A program made the position numbers and the translations under genes. From NCBI GenBank assembly GCA_910586845.1, contig CAJUJV010000002.1, positions 33,357 to 97,356 of the forward strand: DNA of 64,000 nt, written 5' to 3'. Shown here piece by piece: positions 39,401 through 47,281 of this stretch. This stretch comes from an uncultured Hungatella sp. (GTDB lineage: Bacteria; Bacillota; Clostridia; Lachnospirales; Lachnospiraceae). The notes beneath the pieces were generated by a model. It saw nothing but the letters and a program-made list of their open reading frames with translations. It was not told where the DNA came from and searched no databases. How positions within the stretch are numbered: the first letter of the stretch is position 1; each line of letters begins with the position of its first letter.

Positions 39401-40331
39401 GGGAATCTGGAACTGGCTGAAGGATCATGGAGACGACATTCAGTTCGCCTACCTGAACAGGCCCCATATTGCCTCCAAATATATAGATTACATCAAAGAA
39501 AACACCAATATGAAGGTGATCTACTATGGCCATGACCTGCATTTCCTGAGGGAAGGAAGAGAATATGAGCTCACAGGAGATCCTGACAGGCATCAGGCAG
39601 CGGCCTACTGGCGGTCCGTGGAACTGTCTCTGATGTATAAGGCGGCAGTATCCTATTATCCTTCCTATGTGGAGCGGGATGCCATTAAAGCCGTGGACGA
39701 GGAGATCCCGGTGAAAGATATTGTGGCTTATGTCTATGACCGTTTCCGCCAGGAGATTCCCGAAGATTTTGCCGGGAGAGAAGGGATCCTGTTTGTAGGC
39801 GGATTCGCTCATCCGCCCAATGCCGACGGGGTCATGTGGTTTGTGCGGGAGATCTATCCGGTGATCCGCAGGAAGATGGAAGAGAGGCATGAAAAGATTC
39901 CGCCCTTCTACGTAGCAGGGTCCCGGGTGACAGACGAGATCCGTGCTCTGGAACAGCCCGGAAACGGAGTGGTCATCAAAGGGTTTGTCAGCGAGGAAGA
40001 GCTGGCCCGTCTCTACGATTCCGTCAGGATCGTGGCGGTTCCCCTGAGATACGGCGCGGGAGTCAAGGGCAAGGTGGTGGAAGCCATGTACAACGGAGCC
40101 GCTATAGTGACCACCTCCATCGGCGCCGAGGGACTGGCCGGCGCCGGGGAAGTGATGGCAGTGGAAGATGAGGCCCGGGCTTTCGGGGAAACTCTGGCAG
40201 AGCTTTACACCGATCCGGCCAGGTGCCTTGCGCTGAGCCGGGGGACCCGGAAGTATGTGAGAGATCATTACAGCCAGGAAGCGGCCTGGAATGTGATAAA
40301 AGAGGATTTTCAGGTCAGATCCACAGAGTGA
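36393..40331 (+). CDS. Multidomain glycan enzyme: SAM methyltransferase, kinase-like, coiled coil, GT2 and GT4
   Basis: EAGAGYG (36567); DMLFEN and DYEW (37641, 37692); heptad segment ~37940-38150; VSIIIPVY/DD/FLNND/YCEDSD; FVGGFAHPPN and GVKGKVVEAM. TTG start follows GGAGG. Confidence 0.82.
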   Translation: MKETRDLSRELAGVLKKYQGDTHRILKDHVRLDYLYALSGQRESLMDWYPFRADGVLLEAGAGYGALTGVYSRKVSRVHVLDPDEDNLELNRLRHVELGGRTNISYETGELCSYAASCDEKYDYVVFAGTLGDHAKEEIRAARKLLKPGGEILAAVCNPFGIKYWAGAEKDPCSFSLRQLLDLMSEREGDVEIYYPMPDYRLPVTIFSDRYLPGKGDLTDTVTAYDYPDYLAMDVGARFDQVCEDGRFPQYANSYLAVWKKEGEAGEDNNIEYVKYNRTRRERFQIRTVITGPARQVEKEALTEEGTDHIRAFEKTSRELNRQHDNLKFAWPDISGDGKRARFPYIEGETLSERLGRAIRDGQGPVETVRQAMDMVLQVRPECRKEFSVTEGFTEVFGDLPKRRPAGWESLEVSNIDMLFENILLSGEDRYCLDYEWVFLFPVPAEYIRYRILFYFFRQYRSLLTDYNSPEAWLKEFGITRDLAELYQNMEKHFQDYVHGENQKIYLENYYVKAKTVKELSRVDGELERTRERLEQLRMQLGERDLTIRKMTEVQRLTQNHVTNLEIMIGDLRHEIGEMGKTLTYLNRHEAVVFKIRRKLGEKFNQKYPRGSRERKQMSYLKEYVLHPVRSARFYGSEEGRNLREGDFAIGSEYREHGRLVFPVEEAPEVSIIIPVYNQIHYTYACLVSILEHTKDVSYEVIIADDVSTDATRDLDQYAAGLVICRNETNQGFLRNCNHAAACARGRYLMFLNNDTQVTEGWLSSLVNLIRSDDSIGMVGSKLVYPDGRLQEAGGIIWSDGSGWNYGRLDNPDKPEYNYVKDVDYISGAAILLPRKLWERIGGFDERYAPAYCEDSDLAFEVRKAGFRVVYQPLSKVIHYEGVSNGTDVEGTGLKRYQVENSQKLKEKWAKEFSRQCVNNGNPDPFRARERTVGKPMILVIDHYVPTYDKDAGSRTTYQYLKMFLNMGYAVKFLGDNFLHEEPYSTQLQQMGIEILYGPEYQVGIWNWLKDHGDDIQFAYLNRPHIASKYIDYIKENTNMKVIYYGHDLHFLREGREYELTGDPDRHQAAAYWRSVELSLMYKAAVSYYPSYVERDAIKAVDEEIPVKDIVAYVYDRFRQEIPEDFAGREGILFVGGFAHPPNADGVMWFVREIYPVIRRKMEERHEKIPPFYVAGSRVTDEIRALEQPGNGVVIKGFVSEEELARLYDSVRIVAVPLRYGAGVKGKVVEAMYNGAAIVTTSIGAEGLAGAGEVMAVEDEARAFGETLAELYTDPARCLALSRGTRKYVRDHYSQEAAWNVIKEDFQVRSTE

Positions 40332-42144
40332 TCCCGTGGACCGCCATACAGAGAAGGACGCCCAGCAAGGTGGGCAGGGCTATGGCCACGGCGGTCCACT
40401 TCAGGCTTCCTGTCTCCTTTTTGATGGTCAGACAGGTCGTGGAGCAGGGCCAGTGAAACAGACAGAAGATCATCATGGACAGCGCGGTTTTCCAGGTCCA
40501 GCCGTTCTGAATCAGAAGAGTCAGAAGGGCGGAGGAATCGGTCATCTCCACCAGCTGGCCGCTTTGTAAATAGGCCATGAGCATAATGGGAACGACGATT
40601 TCATTGGCCGGAAAGCCCAGCACAAAGGCCATGAGGATGACCCCGTCCAGTCCCATAAGCCGGCCCAGAGGGTCAAAAAGACCGGTCAGATGGAGCAGAA
40701 GGCTTTTGTCTCCCCAGAAGCTGTTGGCCAGAAGCCAGATCAGCAGTCCGGCGGGGGCGGCGATGGCCGCCGCCCGGCCCAGGACGAACAGGGTTCTGTC
40801 CAGGAGGGATCGGACAAGGACCTTTCCCACCTGAGGGCGGCGGTAGGGGGGAAGCTCCAGGGTAAAGGCTGACGGGATTCCCTTTAAAAGCGTGTGGGAC
40901 AGCAGCCAGGAGCAGCCCAGAGTGGCCATGACCCCTGTCAGGATAGCGGCGGTCAGCAGCAGGGCGGATACCAGGGATCCGGCGGCGGTTCCCTGGATCC
41001 CTGTGAGGAAAAACAAGGTGATCAGGGTAAACAGGGTGGGAAACCGGCCGTTGCAGGGTACCAGAGAGTTGGTGAGTATGGCGATGAGCCGTTCTCTGGG
41101 GGAATCGATGATCCGGCAGCCGATGACCCCGGCGGCATTGCAGCCGAACCCCATGGCCATGGTCAGGCATTGTTTGCCGCAGGCCCGGCACCGTTTGAAG
41201 GAGCGGTCTATGTGAAATGCTACCCGGGGCAGATATCCCAGATCTTCCAGAAGAGTAAACAGAGGGAAGAAGATGGCCATGGGAGGCAGCATGACGGACA
41301 CAACCCATGCCAGAACCCGGTAGATACCGTATACCAGAGCCTGGATCAGGGGATCGGGAACCTTCATGGCAGCCAGCCCCAGGGCCAGTTTTTCTTCTAT
41401 GGAGAAGAAGAGATCCCAGAGGAGGCCGGAAGGGTAGTTGGCTCCCGTCATGGTGAGCCAGAACACCCCCATGAGGAGAAGGACCATGATCAGACTTCCT
41501 GTGAACCGTCCCGTCACGATCCGGTCTATGAATTCTTCCCGTTTCCGGTAGTTGGTCCGGGTATAATGTACCGTCTCGGCGGCCAGCTGCTTCGGAGAAA
41601 AATCCAGACATTCATAGTGGCCTCTGACACCGCTGCAGGACAGGATGGTCTCTTTCAGGCGGGTCAGATCCCCGGCGCATCTGGCACAGCAGGGCACTAC
41701 GGGAAACTGCAGCACATCCTGGAGAAGGTCAAAATCGATCTCGATCCCTTTTTTTCTGGCTTCGTCGCACAGGTTTACACAGAGGATCAGAGGGATCCCC
41801 TCATCCTTTACCTGTTCCAGGGACAGGATCTGTTTCAGCAGATGAAGCCCTCTTTCCAGACAGGTGGCATCCCCTACGACCACCACGGCGTCTGCCTCTT
41901 TGGAACATAAGTATTGCTTCGCCACTTCTTCTTCTCTGGAATGAGTGTTGAGAGAATAAGTACCGGGCAGATCTACGACCAGGCAGGTCCTGCCGCTGCA
42001 GGTGAATTCTCCCCTGGCAGTTGCCACGGTCACACCTGCCCAGTTGCCCGTATGCTGTCTTAAGCCGGTCAGCCCATTGAAAATGGTGCTTTTTCCTACA
42101 TTGGGATTGCCCGCCAGGGCCGCCACCATCTGATGATTATCCAT
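40315..42144 (-). CDS. feoB: FeoB-family GTPase transporter (short helical domain)
   Basis: GNPNVGKS, GNWAGVTV, DLPG, NLCD, LEDLGYLPR, GFGC and ELPPYR. Confidence 0.9.
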   Translation of the reverse strand: MDNHQMVAALAGNPNVGKSTIFNGLTGLRQHTGNWAGVTVATARGEFTCSGRTCLVVDLPGTYSLNTHSREEEVAKQYLCSKEADAVVVVGDATCLERGLHLLKQILSLEQVKDEGIPLILCVNLCDEARKKGIEIDFDLLQDVLQFPVVPCCARCAGDLTRLKETILSCSGVRGHYECLDFSPKQLAAETVHYTRTNYRKREEFIDRIVTGRFTGSLIMVLLLMGVFWLTMTGANYPSGLLWDLFFSIEEKLALGLAAMKVPDPLIQALVYGIYRVLAWVVSVMLPPMAIFFPLFTLLEDLGYLPRVAFHIDRSFKRCRACGKQCLTMAMGFGCNAAGVIGCRIIDSPRERLIAILTNSLVPCNGRFPTLFTLITLFFLTGIQGTAAGSLVSALLLTAAILTGVMATLGCSWLLSHTLLKGIPSAFTLELPPYRRPQVGKVLVRSLLDRTLFVLGRAAAIAAPAGLLIWLLANSFWGDKSLLLHLTGLFDPLGRLMGLDGVILMAFVLGFPANEIVVPIMLMAYLQSGQLVEMTDSSALLTLLIQNGWTWKTALSMMIFCLFHWPCSTTCLTIKKETGSLKWTAVAIALPTLLGVLLCMAVHGITLWI

Positions 42145-42186
42145 AGGATTCCTCCATACAGTTTCTGAACAGTCAGCCTTAGGATT

Positions 42187-42213
42187 ACTTTATGAAAATC
42201 GAAAACAATAAGT
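42187..42213 (-). promoter_or_regulatory. Sigma-K-like promoter of feoB
   Basis: AC-N17-CATAAAGT on the minus strand. Confidence 0.5.
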
Positions 42214-42290
42214 GCCTGGGTATTTCTTTTTTTCTGTAATTGTGGTATACTGACTAGCAGTAGTGTGAGAAGGAAGGAGTATCCTGCTAT

Positions 42291-42569
42291 ATGTTAAATA
42301 AGCTGAAGAAAGTGATGATTATGGTTATGATGTGCCTGTGCATGTCTGCGGCAGTACCGGCTGCGGAGGCTTATGCATCTCAGGTGCAGACAGAGACCCG
42401 GGCTGTTCAGGAGGAACAGGCCGATCAGGCGGAAGATGAAGAGAGCGCCTTTTTCCTGCTGATGATGGGCGGCGGGCTTCTGATTATCCTGTTTGCGGTG
42501 ATCTCGGCCATGTCTACGGTTTCGGGCGCCATCAGTGTTGCAGTGAACATGGATGTGGATGGTGAATAG
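42291..42569 (+). CDS. Small hypothetical membrane protein
   Basis: AAGGAG RBS and TGnTATACT -10; signal-like N-terminus, acidic linker, C-terminal TM. Confidence 0.65.
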   Translation: MLNKLKKVMIMVMMCLCMSAAVPAAEAYASQVQTETRAVQEEQADQAEDEESAFFLLMMGGGLLIILFAVISAMSTVSGAISVAVNMDVDGE

Positions 42570-42583
42570 AGAAGGACAGAACA

Positions 42584-42612
42584 AAAGGCAGTCAGGATAT
42601 GGCTGCCTTTTT
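42584..42612. terminator. Bidirectional terminator between the small gene and feoA
   Basis: AAAAGGCAGTC-AGGATAT-GGCTGCCTTTT. Confidence 0.7.
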
Positions 42613-42627
42613 CTGTGCGCAGGACCG

Positions 42628-42867
42628 TCATTGGTCTCTGCCGGTCTGAACGAAGACCTCATTGCTGTTTTCTTCCCGCAGTCCGATGACTGCGTTGCGC
42701 ACCAGATAGGCGCGCATTCCCCCCTGACGTCCTTTCAGGACGCAGGAGATTTCTTCATCGGGGACAAAGCCAAGATCTGCCAGCCGGTCCGCCATGTGTT
42801 TTTCGCTGGCGACCCAGACTACTCTTACCTTTTCCCCCGGATCTATCTTGCTCAATGGAAGCACCAT
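42628..42867 (-). CDS. feoA: FeoA-family protein (79 aa)
   Basis: PLSKIDPGEKVRV...RLADLGF...AYLVRNAVIGLR. Confidence 0.85.
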   Translation of the reverse strand: MVLPLSKIDPGEKVRVVWVASEKHMADRLADLGFVPDEEISCVLKGRQGGMRAYLVRNAVIGLREENSNEVFVQTGRDQ

Positions 42868-42901
42868 AGAAATTTCACCGAAAACGAACATACTTATAAC
42901 C

Positions 42902-42928
42902 AAAATATGCAGAAAAGGAACAGGACGT
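42902..42928 (-). promoter_or_regulatory. Sigma-K-like promoter of feoA
   Basis: AC-N17-CATATTTT on the minus strand. Confidence 0.5.
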
Positions 42929-42934
42929 GAGATC

Positions 42935-43654
42935 ATGGAGTATAAACATGTGAAAAAAGGGATATTCAGAGAAAGGCCCAACCGGTTTGTGGCCTTTGTG
43001 GAGATCGACGGGAAGAAACACCGGGTTCATGTGAAAAATACAGGCAGGTGCCGGGAACTGCTGGTCCCCGGCGCCAGGGTCATCCTGGAATATCATCCCC
43101 GGGCCAGAGAGCAGGGCAGGAAGACAGAATATTCCATCGTTGCCGTATATAAGGGAGATCTCCTGATCAATATGGACTCCCAGGCTCCTAACGAGGCAGC
43201 GGCAGAGTGGCTGGAAAGCGGAGGGTTTGAGAAGGCCACAGGCAGCAGGCCGGAACAGATCCGCAGAGAGGTGACCTACGGACAGTCCCGCTTTGACCTG
43301 GCATGTTCCATAGAGGGGAAGCCTGCGTTTATAGAAGTAAAAGGAGTGACATTGGAAGCTGACGGTATGGCCATGTTTCCCGATGCACCGACGGAGCGGG
43401 GAGTGAAGCATCTGCAGGAGCTCGCCGGGGCCGTAAAAGAGGGATATGCCGCCTATGTGCTCTTTGTCATCCAGATGAAAGGCGTAACCTGCTTCTGTCC
43501 TAACTTCCGGATGCACAGAGAATTTGCCCGGGCACTGGCGGAAGCCGGGAGGGCAGGGGTGACGATCCTGGCCCGGGACTGCCTGGTGAGGGAGAACGGA
43601 TTCACCATAGATCAGGCAGTGAAGGTGGTTTTGGAGGAAAAGGATTTGAGATAA
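42935..43654 (+). CDS. sfsA: SfsA DNA/RNA nuclease-like protein
   Basis: RPNRF, HVKNTGR, EVKGVTL and FPDAPTERGVKH. Confidence 0.93.
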   Translation: MEYKHVKKGIFRERPNRFVAFVEIDGKKHRVHVKNTGRCRELLVPGARVILEYHPRAREQGRKTEYSIVAVYKGDLLINMDSQAPNEAAAEWLESGGFEKATGSRPEQIRREVTYGQSRFDLACSIEGKPAFIEVKGVTLEADGMAMFPDAPTERGVKHLQELAGAVKEGYAAYVLFVIQMKGVTCFCPNFRMHREFARALAEAGRAGVTILARDCLVRENGFTIDQAVKVVLEEKDLR

Positions 43655-44946
43655 TAGGGGATCTCCACCGCCAGCATCATGGCCCAGCCGGCGGCACAGG
43701 CGAAAGCAACTCCGGGAAGCCCCATCTTCGGAGTCAGCACGTACACGAACACCACCCTCAGGCTGGTCTGGATAAAGGTGCCCAGAAGAGTCATCTTCAT
43801 GTGTTTTCTCCCCCGGAAATATCCCTGCATCCCGTTGGTAAAGCCGGGGAAAAGATAGAAAAATGCCATGATACCCAGATAGCTGCTTCCAAGAGCCACG
43901 ATATCCGAAGCGCCGCCTACAAAAAGCTTCATAAAAGGCACACGCAGGACAAGGGTGGTGGTGCAGATCAGGATCCAGTAACAGAATTCCAGGATCATGC
44001 CGGTCCGAAAGCCCTTCCGGATCCGCTCTTCGTTGCGGGCGCCGGAGTTCTGCGCCACGAAGGTGGTGATGGCGTGAGAGATGCTCTGTTCAGGGATAAA
44101 GGCATAGGCATCGATCTTTTCCACTGCATTGAACGCTGCCATGACGTCAACGCCCATGGGATTTACGGCTCCCTGGATCAGAAGCTTTCCCACAGGCTGA
44201 CAGGACTGCTGCAGCGCGGTGACGCTGCCGTACTGGAGAGTCTGTTTCAGCAGGGATCTGTCCAGCTGAAATTCCCCTGGTCTCAGCTGAAGCAGGGGGA
44301 TGTTGCGGTATACATAGAAGATGCACAAAATGGCCGACAGAGCCTCCGCCACCACCGTGGTCACTGCGGAGCAGACGATGCCAAAATGAAAGATACCGAT
44401 AAAGATCACATCCAGGACTCCGTTGAGCACGGAACAGAATGCCAGGAATTTGAGAGGCGTTTTGGAATCGCCCACGCTCTTGAGGGCCGAGGCAACGGCG
44501 TTGTAAAAGAAAGTAAAAGGCGCTCCCAGAAAGATGATCCTCAGGTATACGGAGGCAGTGTCCAGGATCTCTGCGGGAACATGGAGAGCCCTCAGGAGGG
44601 GAGGAGTTACCAGGATTCCCAGAGCCACGATGATCAGAGAGAAGTATACTCCGAACACGGCAGTGGTAGCCATCTCCTTCTTTACCAGTTCTTCTTTCTT
44701 CGCCCCGAAAAAGTTGCTCATAAGCACGGAAGAGCCGATGCAGATTCCGGAGATTCCCAGGATAATGATGTTCATGACCGGGCTGGCGGTGCCCACGGCG
44801 GCCAGGGCTTCCTTTCCGATGAACCTGCCTACGATGATGGAATCGACGGCGTTATAAGTCAGCTGGAACAGATTCCCCAGGATCAGGGGAATCGCATAAT
44901 CAATAAGGTGCCGGGGAATATTCCCCTCTGTCATGTCTTTCACCAT
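43612..44946 (-). CDS. MATE efflux transporter
   Basis: DMTEG, YNAVDSIIVG and GDSKTPL; about 12 TM segments. Confidence 0.9.
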   Translation of the reverse strand: MVKDMTEGNIPRHLIDYAIPLILGNLFQLTYNAVDSIIVGRFIGKEALAAVGTASPVMNIIILGISGICIGSSVLMSNFFGAKKEELVKKEMATTAVFGVYFSLIIVALGILVTPPLLRALHVPAEILDTASVYLRIIFLGAPFTFFYNAVASALKSVGDSKTPLKFLAFCSVLNGVLDVIFIGIFHFGIVCSAVTTVVAEALSAILCIFYVYRNIPLLQLRPGEFQLDRSLLKQTLQYGSVTALQQSCQPVGKLLIQGAVNPMGVDVMAAFNAVEKIDAYAFIPEQSISHAITTFVAQNSGARNEERIRKGFRTGMILEFCYWILICTTTLVLRVPFMKLFVGGASDIVALGSSYLGIMAFFYLFPGFTNGMQGYFRGRKHMKMTLLGTFIQTSLRVVFVYVLTPKMGLPGVAFACAAGWAMMLAVEIPYYLKSFSSKTTFTA

Positions 44947-45089
44947 AGCAGTGTCTGTCTCCTTCTCTGTTGCGGAATGGTTTCAGTTTATCACAGAAAA
45001 GAAAATATCACAATTCTCTCTTTTCGTAATTTTTTTCAGCCCAAAAGCCGCTGGCGTGTGATACCTTACTTATCGTAAGGAGGAGTTCC

Positions 45090-45239
45090 ATGAACCGTTA
45101 TATTGATCTTAACGAAATCTTTCCATATTCTTTCAGTTTCGGGATGATCGTTGACCTTTCTGTGAAAACAGACTCCGACGACACTTATTATTCCTCTGAT
45201 AAAAACGGAATCGTTACCCATACAGGGGAGAAAGAATAG
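45090..45239 (+). CDS. Small 49-aa hypothetical protein (not in the ORF track)
   Basis: AAGGAGGAG RBS; MNRYIDLNEIFPYSFSFGMIVDLSVKTDSDDTYYSSDKNGIVTHTGEKE; followed by a terminator. Confidence 0.6.
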   Translation: MNRYIDLNEIFPYSFSFGMIVDLSVKTDSDDTYYSSDKNGIVTHTGEKE

Positions 45240-45256
45240 GAAAAGATTCTGACGGA

Positions 45257-45295
45257 AAACGGCAGGGGACCATGGATCCTCCTGCCGTTTGTTTT
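45257..45295. terminator. Bidirectional terminator
   Basis: AAACGGCAGG...CCTGCCGTTT followed by GTTTT. Confidence 0.7.
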
Positions 45296-45310
45296 CAATA
45301 AACTTCTTCC

Positions 45311-46030
45311 TTAATCTTTCACCTTCATGATCTTATCCAGGATCGTAACGAGGATGGCGCCCAGAACAATGGTCACCAGAAATCCGATCCCAAGCCTGGC
45401 CAGCTGGACCATAATGTGGTGTTCCGCATTCCACTGGTCGTTGACACAGTAGAATATGCCTTCCGTGTACACGTCATATTCACGGCACAGGTCCGCAATA
45501 TTGTCCAGGGCCTGCTGGTAGACGCCGCCTTTTTTGCCGATGGGAAGAGTAACCTTTTTTCCTGCTTTTATGCTTCTGGCGTCATCCGAGGACATCTGAG
45601 CCAGGATATAGGAGTCATCGGGCAGCTGGAGCAGAAAATATTCGCTGTAGTCTCCCAGCAGATCCAGGGTCATGGTATTCACCTGAGGTTTTCTCCTGGT
45701 CCCGCCCCGCCTGCTGTAAGAATACTCTCCGATCCAGGGGTTGCGGGTGCCGATGCCGGTGGAGATGATCTTTTTCGGTTCAATGGTCACACAGGACACT
45801 GCCCAGGTGTCTTCCCATTCCTGGGCGGTGGTGATTCTGGGGATGTCATCGCCGGCAGGCAGTCCCACATAATCTTCATAATATCCGCTTTCTGCCGTGG
45901 ACAGAGAAACGGGTTCCTCTTTCCCCCGGAGCAGGGATTCTACCCGCATGTTTCTGGCCACAACTGCCCCCACGATCAGGGCGATAATCACCATCACAAA
46001 TTCCAGAAATTTAACAATCTTGCTTTTCAT
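45311..46030 (-). CDS. Hypothetical membrane protein (N- and C-terminal TM)
   Basis: GAAAGGA RBS; two hydrophobic ends flanking a soluble domain. Confidence 0.7.
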   Translation of the reverse strand: MKSKIVKFLEFVMVIIALIVGAVVARNMRVESLLRGKEEPVSLSTAESGYYEDYVGLPAGDDIPRITTAQEWEDTWAVSCVTIEPKKIISTGIGTRNPWIGEYSYSRRGGTRRKPQVNTMTLDLLGDYSEYFLLQLPDDSYILAQMSSDDARSIKAGKKVTLPIGKKGGVYQQALDNIADLCREYDVYTEGIFYCVNDQWNAEHHIMVQLARLGIGFLVTIVLGAILVTILDKIMKVKD

Positions 46031-46052
46031 ATTCAATATTCCTTTCCCGTTG

Positions 46053-46514
46053 TCAGATATTGGCGTCAGGCCGTCTGCCTATGGCTTCCCATCTCTCGAT
46101 CAGAGGCCGAAATGCCTCGTAAGCAAAAACATAAGTTCCCTCCGGATTTTCTTCTCCCCGGACCTGTAAAAAGTCTGTGATGACAACCTGTTTCCTGCCG
46201 CATTTGCTGCACTGGTAAACATCCAGATGACAGGCTCTCCGCCCTGTCGGAATCTGACCTTTTCCCAGGACAGGCTGCATGTGGGAAAGGAGATAATTTT
46301 CCGGGTCTGTGTACCTGGCGTCAAAAGAAACAGGAAGCAGAAACAGATAGGCGGGGGTGACGATCCTGGAAGCAGCGGTCTTGCAGTGCATACAGGGAGT
46401 CTCTCCCCGTGAACAGAGAATGCGCTCTCTGATAAAAGCGATGAAAAGTATGGCTGTAACCAGGGCAACGATGCCAAAGACGATCTCCGGCAGATTATAT
46501 ATGAGAGTTTCCAT
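46053..46514 (-). CDS. Hypothetical membrane-anchored protein with two CxxC motifs
   Basis: N-terminal TM, CMHC and CSKC. Confidence 0.65.
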   Translation of the reverse strand: METLIYNLPEIVFGIVALVTAILFIAFIRERILCSRGETPCMHCKTAASRIVTPAYLFLLPVSFDARYTDPENYLLSHMQPVLGKGQIPTGRRACHLDVYQCSKCGRKQVVITDFLQVRGEENPEGTYVFAYEAFRPLIERWEAIGRRPDANI

Positions 46515-46516
46515 GA

Positions 46517-47107
46517 TCACATCTTTCCTTCTGCCCGGGCCTTGGCCGTCAGCAGAAGAGTTACAAAGGTGTCGGCTTTGGATACAGCCTCGGCCCCGAT
46601 ACCGGATTTGGTGCTGACGATCTTGTTGGTAAGAAGAGTAGGCATGGAGACCTTCTTACCGTCCAGATAGAATACAAAACGGATCCCTGTCATGGCGGAA
46701 GCCACAGTCCGGGCGCCGCCGATGCGGGCTGCGTTGAAAACCTGGATCTTCATGGGATTGTAGGCGGAGATAAAGGCGATCATCCCGTTTTCCACATCTA
46801 TGTACAGTATGCCTCCTCTTCCTTTAAAAGAACTGTTAAACTGGTAGGGCAGGCTGTCGATGTTTTTGGCAGTGCGTTTTACGAATATGGAGGTCAGGTT
46901 GCCGTAGCCGATGAGCATGATCAGGATAATCCATATCATAAACATGAACACCAGTGTCATAGGCAGGAATACGTCCATTCGGAATGCTCCGTGGCCGATA
47001 CATGCCGCCAGTGATAAGAGGGCCGGCAGAACAATGCCAAGACCCAGCAGAAGCAGGAAAAAAAAGCTCCCGAACCGTTCAAATTTTGCACTTTCATTTG
47101 GTTTCAT
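46517..47107 (-). CDS. Hypothetical two-TM membrane protein
   Basis: AAGGAG RBS; two N-terminal TMs and a beta-rich C-terminus. Confidence 0.7.
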   Translation of the reverse strand: MKPNESAKFERFGSFFFLLLLGLGIVLPALLSLAACIGHGAFRMDVFLPMTLVFMFMIWIILIMLIGYGNLTSIFVKRTAKNIDSLPYQFNSSFKGRGGILYIDVENGMIAFISAYNPMKIQVFNAARIGGARTVASAMTGIRFVFYLDGKKVSMPTLLTNKIVSTKSGIGAEAVSKADTFVTLLLTAKARAEGKM

Positions 47108-47163
47108 ACTCTTGAAAACTCCTTCCTTTGCTTATAAATATTTTGATGCCCCAGGCAATGGAT

Positions 47164-47192
47164 ATTTTAGCACTATCTGGCACAGATTGCAA
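47164..47192 (-). promoter_or_regulatory. SigA promoter of the three-gene hypothetical operon
   Basis: TTGCAA-N17-TAAAAT with extended TG. Confidence 0.6.
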
Positions 47193-47281
47193 TCATCTCC
47201 TTCAGCGGCGGGCTGCGGCTTGACAAAGTTCCCGGACAAGAGAGATAATGAGACAGACTACGAAGAACAGGAGACAGGATC

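Noticed and set aside
43612..43654. Overlapping 3' ends of convergent genes (also 20483-20496 and 40315-40331)
   Set aside because: Short tail-to-tail overlaps are common and show no further signal.
47167..47192. TTAGCACT resembling a second CIRCE
   Set aside because: Only one half-site; explained by the extended -10 (TGCTAAAAT) of a minus-strand promoter.
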